A DNA stretch of 64,000 nucleotides, taken from positions 1 through 64,000 of IMG/VR virus record IMGVR_UViG_3300036791_001436; one strand, written 5' to 3'. Source of the DNA: a virus. Each line of letters begins with the position of its first letter. Position 1 is the first letter of the stretch. The translations under genes and the position numbers were made by a program. Positions 56,842-64,000 of this stretch are shown here, piece by piece. The notes under the pieces are model-generated. The model was not told where the DNA came from, did not search any database, and worked only from the letters and a program-made list of their open reading frames with translations.

Positions 56842-57132
56842 TCATCTGCGATGGTGGCCCCTATGGTAATGGTGATGGTGCCGGCCACGATGGTGGCGCG
56901 GCGGGTCTGCGGGCTGTACCGGCTTCATCACCGTCAGCGTGCGAGGGTTGGCCCGCTGCATGGTGGTGGCTTCGGCCTGCCGGATGATCCGGTAGTCGGT
57001 CTGGCAGAGCGTCGAGTAGGCGGTGATCGCCTCTGGAACGGTGAAGGCGTGAAGCATCGGTACGCGGACATCCGGCGCGAGCGACGGGATCAGCATCAGC
57101 GAGGCTGCGGCGATGATGACAGGGTCAGTCAT
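56842..57132 (-). CDS. hypothetical protein with a His/Arg-rich tail
   Basis: Start ATG 57132 (SD AGGAG). Ends in RHHRGRHHHHYHRGHHRR. Confidence 0.6.
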   Translation of the reverse strand: MTDPVIIAAASLMLIPSLAPDVRVPMLHAFTVPEAITAYSTLCQTDYRIIRQAEATTMQRANPRTLTVMKPVQPADPPRHHRGRHHHHYHRGHHRR

Positions 57133-57178
57133 AGTGGTCTCCTGTAGTCCTGGCCTCTTGATGAATGGGGCTAATCGA

Positions 57179-57219
57179 CGTGCTCCCTCCCGAGGGATAG
57201 GGGGAAAGGAGGGAGCACG
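57179..57219 (-). terminator. 12-bp stem hairpin after the secreted protein gene
   Basis: CGTGCTCCCTCC/GGAGGGAGCACG. Confidence 0.55.
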
Positions 57220-57244
57220 CCGACCAGAGCCGCCTCGAAGCCCG

Positions 57245-58216
57245 TCAGTTACGGGGGGCTTTGGCACCTTCCGACGGTGGGGGATTCGGAATCGGTGCCA
57301 TCGTTCCCGACGGTTCAGCCTCGGGGGGCGGGGGTGGAGCTGCGTAGAGATACTGCGCAGGTGGAGGAGGTGGCGGCGGAGGCACGAAAGCGCTCGGCGG
57401 CTGGGCGTTCTGCCCGGCTTCAGGGCAGGGTCGGCCAACGTCGAGGAACGCCTGACGCACGTCTTTGTCCTGGCAGAGGATTGCACGAGCGGCTTCTCTG
57501 TCGCCGGTGAGGCTTGCGACCTCACGAGCGTAGAGACGCCGGTTGCAGTTGTGGTCCTCCCATGTGCTGCCGATCGAGAGACCCCACCCCATCCCGGTGC
57601 CCGACATGGAGGAGCTCCCCATGCAGGTGTCGGTGAGCGTCGTGGTCAGAGCCGGGGCCGAGACTTGAGCGACGGTCTTGATGTCCGCTGTGGTGTGCGT
57701 CGGCACGTTGGAGTTGAGGGTCACGCTTTGGGCGTTCCCTGCGTTGCTGGCTTGGTTGTTCGCCGCCGCGTTCGACGAGCCGCCGTTGGAGGTCGAATTG
57801 CCCCCCATCGCCGACGAAGTCGAGCTGCCACCTTGACCGCCGGTCGCCACGGAGTGCGAGAGCGAAGCCGAATTGGACTCGGAGGCCGAGCGGCTGGTGT
57901 TATCCGCCGATGACGACACGGGGGCGGCCGTAACGGTGGTCTGTTGTCCGCCGTTATTGGCTTGGGAGCCGCTGGCCGACACCGCACCCGAGTTGGAGTT
58001 CGAAGTTGAGGTCTGCGGACCCACCGTGGTGGTCTGCGGGCCGTTGGTGTTCGCGCCGTTCGAGTTGGTCTGAGCACCTTGGGACTGGGTCTGAACTTGA
58101 CCCTGGCCCTGCTGGGCGTTCGACGCGGCGTCAGAGGTTGAGGTTTGTTGGGCGTATGCGACAGGGTTGCCGCACAGCATGAGAGCGACCGCAGTGGTCG
58201 CGAGGAGTCGTTTCAT
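57245..58216 (-). CDS. secreted protein: Q/N/S/G-rich region, Cys domain and Pro tail
   Basis: Sec signal MKRLLATTAVALMLCGNPVAYA. Motifs QQGQGQVQTQSQG, TCMGSSS, CNRR, LCQD and RPCP. Confidence 0.8.
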   Translation of the reverse strand: MKRLLATTAVALMLCGNPVAYAQQTSTSDAASNAQQGQGQVQTQSQGAQTNSNGANTNGPQTTTVGPQTSTSNSNSGAVSASGSQANNGGQQTTVTAAPVSSSADNTSRSASESNSASLSHSVATGGQGGSSTSSAMGGNSTSNGGSSNAAANNQASNAGNAQSVTLNSNVPTHTTADIKTVAQVSAPALTTTLTDTCMGSSSMSGTGMGWGLSIGSTWEDHNCNRRLYAREVASLTGDREAARAILCQDKDVRQAFLDVGRPCPEAGQNAQPPSAFVPPPPPPPPAQYLYAAPPPPPEAEPSGTMAPIPNPPPSEGAKAPRN

Positions 58217-58241
58217 CTTGGCCCCACCTGGGTCTGAGGAG

Positions 58242-58278
58242 AAGGGAAAGAGGTGGAGGGCATGTGACCCTCCACCTC
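58242..58278 (-). terminator. intrinsic terminator/attenuator between the two secreted protein genes
   Basis: GAGGTGGAGGG/CCCTCCACCTC stem followed by TTTCCCTT. Confidence 0.65.
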
Positions 58279-58345
58279 CCCTCGCGCCTAAGCACGCTGT
58301 TTGAGGGCAGGCGAGCTTAGGACGTGACTCGTGCTTCCCTGGCGC

Positions 58346-58690
58346 TTAGTGAGCCAGAGCGGCCGCGGTGCCGAAGCCCGTCTGGAACGAGAACCCGCCG
58401 CTGATGCTGGTCGGGGAGTTCGAGGTGGAGGCGTTGGCGGACGAGCCGGTCGTGGTCGTGTTGGCGGCCGTGGTGCTGAACACCGGCTGCAGCGAGAGAG
58501 CCGCAGAGGTGCTGTGCGTGGTGTTGGTCGCCGTCGAGGCCGCAGCGGTGGTGCCCGCACCGGCTTGCGCCGAGAAGGTACCGCTGGCGACGCCCGAAGC
58601 CGCCGTGGCGGAAGTGGCAGTGGCCGCAGCCGCCGCACCGGCGAAACCGAGCATGGCGACGACGGCCGCAGCCGCGAAGAACTTCTTCAT
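58346..58690 (-). CDS. small secreted Ala/Thr/Ser/Gly-rich protein
   Basis: Sec signal MKKFFAAAAVVAMLGFAGAAAA. The mature part has no Asp, Glu, Lys or Arg. Strong codon bias. Confidence 0.8.
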   Translation of the reverse strand: MKKFFAAAAVVAMLGFAGAAAAATATSATAASGVASGTFSAQAGAGTTAAASTATNTTHSTSAALSLQPVFSTTAANTTTTGSSANASTSNSPTSISGGFSFQTGFGTAAALAH

Positions 58691-58704
58691 ATGGGATATC
58701 CCTT

Positions 58705-58763
58705 GCTCCACAAAAGGTTTGATCCTCGGGCAAAGTTGTGGAGCGACCCCCCACCCGAGAATC
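58705..58763 (-). promoter_or_regulatory. predicted H-type pseudoknot (or alternative fold) next to the RBS
   Basis: Interleaved stems GAUUCUCGGG/CCCGAGGAUC and GCUCCACAA/UUGUGGAGC. Confidence 0.5.
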
Positions 58764-58815
58764 CTGTTGAGCGCACAAGAAAGAAGTTCACTGAAGCCCT
58801 TGTGCGCAGGTGTGG

Positions 58816-59304
58816 CTATTCGGCAGCCGGCGCCTCCGTGGCGGGGGCTTCTGCCGAAGCCGGAGCCGCCGGAGCGGCAGGTGCTGCGGCCATCACTGGC
58901 TGCGCGGCTTTGTCGGGGCCGCCGGGCACCTTGTCGGTCGCCTGGAAGACGATCTGGTAGGCGACGTTCTTCCCTTCCAGGCGCGTGAGCTCCTTGGAGA
59001 TGGGACCGCGGCCGATCTTCTGGCTCCAGCGCGCGAGGATGTACTCCTTGCGTTTCATCGTGTCGCCGGCAGCGTAGGGATGGCCATCGGCCTTCACCAC
59101 GCCGGTGAGATCGGTGGCCGCTTGCGCGTCCAGCTTCAGAACAATGAAGCGGGAGTCGCCGGTGTTGGGCACCACCACGGGTGTGATCGTCGGGGCAGCG
59201 GGAGCGGCTGCAGCTTCGGCAGCGGGCGGGGCTTCGGCGACGGTTTCAGTGGCGGCTTCGGATGCGCTTTGATCCTGAGGATCGTGAGCGGGTTCCCTTG
59301 CCAT
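58816..59304 (-). CDS. highly expressed hypothetical protein with an HTH-like core
   Basis: SD AAGGAGG. RKEYILARW..GRGPISKELT..YQIVF core flanked by Ala/Pro/Glu tails. Confidence 0.7.
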   Translation of the reverse strand: MAREPAHDPQDQSASEAATETVAEAPPAAEAAAAPAAPTITPVVVPNTGDSRFIVLKLDAQAATDLTGVVKADGHPYAAGDTMKRKEYILARWSQKIGRGPISKELTRLEGKNVAYQIVFQATDKVPGGPDKAAQPVMAAAPAAPAAPASAEAPATEAPAAE

Positions 59305-59396
59305 GGTTTGGCCTCCTTGGGGTGGTAGCGAGCGCTTGTAACGGTGTACTAGTGGTAGTGTCGCTGGGTACATCGCTGCTCTCACCGAACTCCATT

Positions 59397-59425
59397 AGTA
59401 TATAGAAGCTCTAATGGTCAATCAA
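59397..59425 (-). promoter_or_regulatory. sigma70-type promoter with an overlapping inverted repeat
   Basis: TTGATT-N17-TATACT. CCATTAG/CTAATGG at 59392-59417. Confidence 0.7.
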
Positions 59426-59505
59426 CGGTAGTTTTGGGGGCGACCAAAAATTATTTTTGTGCTACCTTTGGCCAGGCCTATGCTACGGCAATCCCTATCT
59501 ATCCC

Positions 59506-59533
59506 TCCGGCCTATCCCTATCTATTCCGTTGC
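59506..59533. repeat. 28-bp dispersed repeat, copy 2
   Basis: TCCGGCCTATCCCTATCTATTCCGTTGC, with an extra ATCCCTATCT at 59491. Confidence 0.85.
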
Positions 59534-59535
59534 GG

Positions 59536-62007
59536 TTACTTTTTGACTAGCTTGTACATCTGCTTGTTGTGTAGTGTGCGGCCGGGAACTAGACCTGCAG
59601 TGCTGGCAACGGTATGCTTGTTCAACTGTAGGTATCGGCCTAGAGACCGTGGTTCCTGAAGGACTTTGCAGTTGGCGAATTCTTCCTCCCCTGATGCCCA
59701 GGTAGAGATTTCTATAGCCGCCCATTCCTGGCTGTACACCCCCGCGCCGTTCTGCTCTTCCATCTCCGCAACGAACGCGACTAGTCCTTCTAAGGCCCAG
59801 TCTGCCTCGCTCAGACGCTCATCGCGGGAGGACTCTAGGTAGTCCTTCACCCATCCAGCGTCGGAAGGTGCTGCCCCAAAAATTTGTGCAGTGAGCGTAA
59901 GTAGCTGCTCGACGTTGATTAGCCGGTACTTCGCCTTATATCGTGTTGCCCACTTTTCGTGGTTGAATGCGGATCGCAGGAGGCGGTGCACGAACAAGAT
60001 GTGATGTGCCAGCCAGTTTGCCCGACCACCGAATCGCGCCAGTTGGTGGGAGGCCCATTCACCGTCGTACTCTAGTTCGTCCGTCCCCTTATCCAGCTCC
60101 GTGATGATTGAGCGTTGCACGATGTCAGCGTTGGTGAAGGGCTGCCGTATACTCGTAATCCCGAAGACGCAGCTCACGTGGATCTTGACTACTCCGGTAT
60201 TGGTGTAAAGTCGGCGCTGCTCGATGTTTGGCGCAGGCTCAGTAGTGAGTCGGCACAGCTCATCACTGAGCTTTTGCCGAAGCTGCGCATCCTGAAGCTG
60301 GACATTGTCAGTGACATAGAGTCCCCCGGAGTTCGCCACACCAGCCTGCCAGTCTCGTAGGTCGTTCGGAGTGTTTCTAAGGACTGCGCTACCTGTGAGG
60401 ATGTTGAGCCGAATAACGTACAGCGAAGACTTGCCGCTTCCGGCCTCTCCAGTAACGATCTCAACAGGAAGCTGCGTCTCTCGCCAACGGTAGAACCAAG
60501 GGGAGATGTAGTAGAGATAGGAAAGGAGGAGACGCTGGTGGTCCCCGCTTGACTCTTGTATACGTGCTCCCCTAAGAACATCGTACCAACGGTTAGGTAG
60601 GGGTCGTCCACTATCGCCCACGTCGTTGGTTTGAGTCTTGAGGGCCTCTCGGAACTCTTCCTCTGTGATGCCTTGGACATGTCCCGCCTCGAACAAAACG
60701 TTATCGTCCCCGTTGTTCAGGATGGCAATATGGTCTTTAGTGACTCGGACCTGCTGTCCGTCGTTCAGATGGTAGTAGAAGGTATCGCCGCGCCATGCGA
60801 GGATTCGCTCTGGAACTACTTCCTCAATAGGCTGTTCAGCGGAAAACTGGCCCGCCAGCCACGTCAAGGTGCGAACATCGCCTTGGTGTAGATTGTATTC
60901 CTTGAATAGAAGAATGCCCCAAGGGCTATCTGCGTACCCTGGTTCCTTCGGGTGCGGGAATATTACCTTAAGCAGCCTCTTCTCTTCAGCCTGGTAGTAG
61001 TATAGTTGACCTTCATCTGGGGCTCGGAGTCGTTGCCCTCGAGCGTCCAGATCTGTGAGAACTGCAAGGGCAACAGACTGCTGATCCTGTCGGGTAAGCG
61101 AATTACCTCTCTGCAGACGCTCGTTAATGTAGGCACTAATATTCGGGTAACGAGGAAAGGCGGTTCTGTCTGCAATACACCCACGGACAAGTTCTCGAAG
61201 TTTCTCCGGACCTCCGTCCTCGTGTAGCAGATAGTCGTCCAGCCCGGTCTTGTAGAAGAACGTCTTGAGGCCTTGATGCGTAGGCGGGGCTTTCCCGGCG
61301 AGAAGGGGTGGAAGATGACATTGACGGATTTGAGCCAACGGGATTCCACGACGACGAAGCTCGAAAGCAAACATCGCGGCGGCTCTAGCAACGGGTTCTT
61401 TAGCCCTTGGGCCATCCGTGTCATATACAAGGACAATAGGGATGTCGGCTTGTCGTATATAGTTGATGACATCTTCTAGCCCTTCAGCCAGAGTGGAGGC
61501 AAGCTCCACAGGCCTTTTGTTTCCTGGGAGCTTTGCCTTCAACTGGCCGTTGACTGAGGCTAGTTTGGTATCACGTGGAAGACTAATAGTGCGGTTACGC
61601 CAGCTGTCGACGCCGCTAAGAGAGCAACAAGGAAACCCGTTCTTGACAGCAGCGACGGCTTTCTTTTCCCCCTCCGTGACGAGAAGGTATTCCAGTTCAC
61701 CTCGGGAGGCCAATTCATTGATCAGCCCCCACAGTCTTGGCGGGAAGTAAACATGGTTTAGGCTCCCTATGACCTGACGATATTTGGCATCGTCGTCTTC
61801 TACGTCGAACAGCTTTACACGGTAGAAGGGAAGCGGGGTTCCCCTCAGCGAGAAGTAGGGAATAGCATAGCCGTCGCTGCCAACGGGCGCGCCGGTTGCT
61901 GCCTTCTCGGCCGGTGTCAAAGTCTTGGCCCGTATCTCCCCAGGCAGGATCCCTGACTGTGCCAGGTCTGCGAGAAGCTTCGGGCTGTACAGTTGATCCA
62001 CAGACAT
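59536..62007 (-). CDS. primase-helicase (DUF3854/TOPRIM plus P-loop)
   Basis: Motifs VTEGEKKA, LSGVDSW, VYDTD, KTGLDDYL and Walker A GEAGSGKS. Confidence 0.85.
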   Translation of the reverse strand: MSVDQLYSPKLLADLAQSGILPGEIRAKTLTPAEKAATGAPVGSDGYAIPYFSLRGTPLPFYRVKLFDVEDDDAKYRQVIGSLNHVYFPPRLWGLINELASRGELEYLLVTEGEKKAVAAVKNGFPCCSLSGVDSWRNRTISLPRDTKLASVNGQLKAKLPGNKRPVELASTLAEGLEDVINYIRQADIPIVLVYDTDGPRAKEPVARAAAMFAFELRRRGIPLAQIRQCHLPPLLAGKAPPTHQGLKTFFYKTGLDDYLLHEDGGPEKLRELVRGCIADRTAFPRYPNISAYINERLQRGNSLTRQDQQSVALAVLTDLDARGQRLRAPDEGQLYYYQAEEKRLLKVIFPHPKEPGYADSPWGILLFKEYNLHQGDVRTLTWLAGQFSAEQPIEEVVPERILAWRGDTFYYHLNDGQQVRVTKDHIAILNNGDDNVLFEAGHVQGITEEEFREALKTQTNDVGDSGRPLPNRWYDVLRGARIQESSGDHQRLLLSYLYYISPWFYRWRETQLPVEIVTGEAGSGKSSLYVIRLNILTGSAVLRNTPNDLRDWQAGVANSGGLYVTDNVQLQDAQLRQKLSDELCRLTTEPAPNIEQRRLYTNTGVVKIHVSCVFGITSIRQPFTNADIVQRSIITELDKGTDELEYDGEWASHQLARFGGRANWLAHHILFVHRLLRSAFNHEKWATRYKAKYRLINVEQLLTLTAQIFGAAPSDAGWVKDYLESSRDERLSEADWALEGLVAFVAEMEEQNGAGVYSQEWAAIEISTWASGEEEFANCKVLQEPRSLGRYLQLNKHTVASTAGLVPGRTLHNKQMYKLVKK

Positions 62008-62071
62008 ACAGGGTTGGTACCCTTGTCACATCACCCCCAATGGGCGATCTGCATGGTGGTCGTCCTTGTGA

Positions 62072-62524
62072 CTATGCTGTTTGTTGGGGGGTCTGGGTTT
62101 GGGGTTCGTTGTCTGCTTGTTCAGCGGTGTATTGCTCCACCGTGAGAGTCTGTGGGCGCAGTTGCGCGTTGTACGGGTAGGTGTTATCTGCCCGGTGGTA
62201 GATGAGGTAGCTCATCGCACGACCTGCCGGCGTTTGAGCCGATAGGCGGGTGGCTGCCACTAGTCCCTTGGTCACCATCCTGTGGAGGACGGGACGCCAC
62301 ATCTTCGGAGGCAAGGAGGGGCCAATCCCCGTTTGGAGCATCGATGCCGAGACAAATGGGAAGATCGTCATGACGTGCATCAGACGGTCTTCAACATCCC
62401 TAAACAGCTCCTCCACCTGACTCTCAGTGTGAGTCGGCTGGATGAGGTGCACGACCGCAGGAACGTCGTCGACCTCCACTTCGGTTTCGGGGTCGGCTCC
62501 CGTGTCGTTAACTTGGTCGTTCAT
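62072..62524 (-). CDS. putative winged-helix protein
   Basis: VSASMLQTGIG..WRPVLHRMVTKGLV..YLIY. SD AAGGAG. Confidence 0.55.
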   Translation of the reverse strand: MNDQVNDTGADPETEVEVDDVPAVVHLIQPTHTESQVEELFRDVEDRLMHVMTIFPFVSASMLQTGIGPSLPPKMWRPVLHRMVTKGLVAATRLSAQTPAGRAMSYLIYHRADNTYPYNAQLRPQTLTVEQYTAEQADNEPQTQTPQQTA

Positions 62525-62556
62525 GTAATGCTCCTTACACTCTGTCTCAATTACAT

Positions 62557-62585
62557 ATTATATAGCACCCTATGGGGTCAATCAA
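62557..62585 (-). promoter_or_regulatory. sigma70-type promoter
   Basis: TTGATT-N17-TATAAT. Confidence 0.8.
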
Positions 62586-62614
62586 GAGGGCATCTTTGGG
62601 TTGAATAGTTCGCC

Positions 62615-63025
62615 CTAGAAACGCTTCACGTTGACGGTGGGCGTATCGGCGTCCGTCATGAAATCGTCCAGGATCCCCTGTGCTTCGAAGTAGTCCTTCG
62701 CCTTCTGCTGGTTCAACATACGCCGCGGGACGATCGTTTGGGAAGCCTCGTAGGTGTCACCGCGCTTCGTCCATGGCTGCTCACGCCCTAATTTGGCTTT
62801 CAGCAGGTCGACGTACAGCTTCTCCACCTTCTCGATGTCCTTCCGGAGAGCCTTGAGGGGGCCGATGTCGTCGATCAGCGCCACTGGCGTCACGTTCCCC
62901 ATCTTCGGAGCTTCCCTCTCGAACCAGGGCTGTAGGACTTTGAAGGCGGCCTCCCATTCCATCTCGCGCTGCGTCCGTTGCGGTGGCATGAGAGGGATGG
63001 CGTTGGCTGGTTGTGGGTCGCTCAT
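62615..63025 (-). CDS. hypothetical protein
   Basis: Biased codons. ATGA overlap with the upstream gene. Confidence 0.6.
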   Translation of the reverse strand: MSDPQPANAIPLMPPQRTQREMEWEAAFKVLQPWFEREAPKMGNVTPVALIDDIGPLKALRKDIEKVEKLYVDLLKAKLGREQPWTKRGDTYEASQTIVPRRMLNQQKAKDYFEAQGILDDFMTDADTPTVNVKRF

Positions 63026-63267
63026 GCTTCTATGTCTAGCCTCCAGGTTTGATTGCGGACGGAATTCCAGAGCTTGTCGACCGTGGACTTGAGATCCTCA
63101 CAGTCTTGCCACAAGGTTGATGCACACTCCTTGTCACCCTGCGACTTGAGCTGTTGCTCTCCTACTAGCCCGACGGCGATCGCATTGTTCATCACCCGCT
63201 CGATGCTGTTGATGCGGATGAGCTTGATGTCCTTTGCGGAGAGCTCCAGCTCGATTGTGACCTTCAT
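63022..63267 (-). CDS. hypothetical protein
   Basis: SD GAAGGA. Confidence 0.55.
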   Translation of the reverse strand: MKVTIELELSAKDIKLIRINSIERVMNNAIAVGLVGEQQLKSQGDKECASTLWQDCEDLKSTVDKLWNSVRNQTWRLDIEA

Positions 63268-63316
63268 GGTATCCTTCTGGTAGAGAGGTTGGGAACATCT
63301 GCTTCCGCGCGGTCTT

Positions 63317-63637
63317 TCACCCGTGGGCCGCGGTAGCGTGAGGGTCTCGGATCCACCCGATGTAGACGTCGCCGACTCTGTGGTGTACCTTACGTGGCGG
63401 CTTCGTCACCTCGTACAGAGCCCAAACGAACCCTTCCGGGGGCTGTTGGATGAAGGTTGGGCTGGCCCGGCGAAGGTTCGTACCGAACTTGTCTCCGTTC
63501 CGGGGACCGTCCCCTTCAACCTGTAGGATCTTGTACCCGTAGAATATGGGTGCCCCTTCCTGACTGATATTGGCGCTCATCTTCTCTTCCCTCGGTCTTG
63601 GGTTCTTGGGCGGTGCTGCCTTCTTGCCCCTAGGCAT
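63317..63637 (-). CDS. hypothetical protein
   Basis: First ORF after the leftward promoter. Start uncertain. Confidence 0.45.
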   Translation of the reverse strand: MPRGKKAAPPKNPRPREEKMSANISQEGAPIFYGYKILQVEGDGPRNGDKFGTNLRRASPTFIQQPPEGFVWALYEVTKPPRKVHHRVGDVYIGWIRDPHATAAHG

Positions 63638-63671
63638 GTACCTTTGCTCCAGATCTCCTACTTCACTATTC

Positions 63672-63785
63672 ATTATATAGCAACTTCCAGAGGGCTTCAA
63701 GAGGCATTCGATTGGTCGGGCCAAAATCTTTTTTGGGTTCAACCCCATTTCGCCTCTTGAGGTCCCTTAGGGGTTGCTATATAAT
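63672..63785. promoter_or_regulatory. back-to-back divergent sigma70-type promoters
   Basis: Minus strand: TTGAAG-N17-TATAAT (63672-63700). Plus strand: TTGAGG-N17-TATAAT (63757-63785). Confidence 0.85.
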
Positions 63786-63812
63786 ATATAGAATGGAATT
63801 GGGGTGACGAGA

Positions 63813-64000
63813 GTGAGTCTGTACACCGCACGGCGGATCTCCAAAGAGCAGATCGCCATGACCAAGTGGGAAGCGGATCGCACCGACCCACTTGAAGTGT
63901 ACTACATATTTGGGTCCAAATGCTCTTGTCTCGGGAGCCTTAGACAACCATACTGCCGCCACATGCAAGTCCTAGCCGCGTTCCGCGAACTGCAGAGCAA
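63813..64000 (+). CDS. SWIM zinc-finger protein, truncated by the window edge
   Basis: MSLYTARRISKEQ...KCSCLGSLRQPYCRHM (CxC..CxH), downstream of the rightward promoter. Confidence 0.6.
   Translation, partial: MSLYTARRISKEQIAMTKWEADRTDPLEVYYIFGSKCSCLGSLRQPYCRHMQVLAAFRELQS

Noticed and set aside
1361-62007. Genome-wide stop-codon reassignment
   Set aside because: Conserved enzymes are full length in code 11 and end at all three stop codons. Only one suspicious in-frame stop (31891) was seen.

Overview
A 64-kb slice of a GC-rich, long-tailed dsDNA phage (siphovirus-type). The host is probably an alphaproteobacterium, but that is inferred only from GTA/alphaproteobacterial-style tail genes and signal peptides. 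The + strand arm (~0.2-33.8 kb) is packaging and virion genes: TerS, TerL and portal, then an ~11-kb cassette with its own promoter that encodes a 2762-aa nested-repeat fibre. After it come a DUF2213 protease/scaffold, decoration protein, HK97-fold major capsid, head-tail proteins, tail tube, tail chaperone with a probable +1 frameshift, tape measure and tail tip. The - strand arm (~34-63.7 kb) is replication and nucleotide metabolism: FolE/QueD/QueE/QueC plus a DpdA/TGT-like protein (predicted 7-deazaguanine DNA modification, most simply preQ0), a purine PRTase, DUF3310, class II RNR, UDG-fused PolA, SSB/Sak4/Cas4-like recombination genes, SNF2 helicase, ThyX, ligase, DJ-1/PfpI, HNH, RuvC-like nuclease, two secreted low-complexity proteins and a primase-helicase. 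Eleven copies of one sigma70-type promoter (TTGA..N17..TATAAT, usually GCTATATAAT) can be read directly. No tRNA, CRISPR array, integrase or recognisable endolysin was seen. Best leads: (1) a deazaguanine pathway linked to PRTase, kinase-like and RNR genes; (2) the head-region fibre cassette; (3) a secreted amyloid-like protein pair behind an RBS-adjacent pseudoknot; (4) a DinJ/RelB antitoxin-mimic segment; (5) an in-frame TAA that splits the tail tip from its fibre. All family calls come from motif recognition by eye, not database searches.
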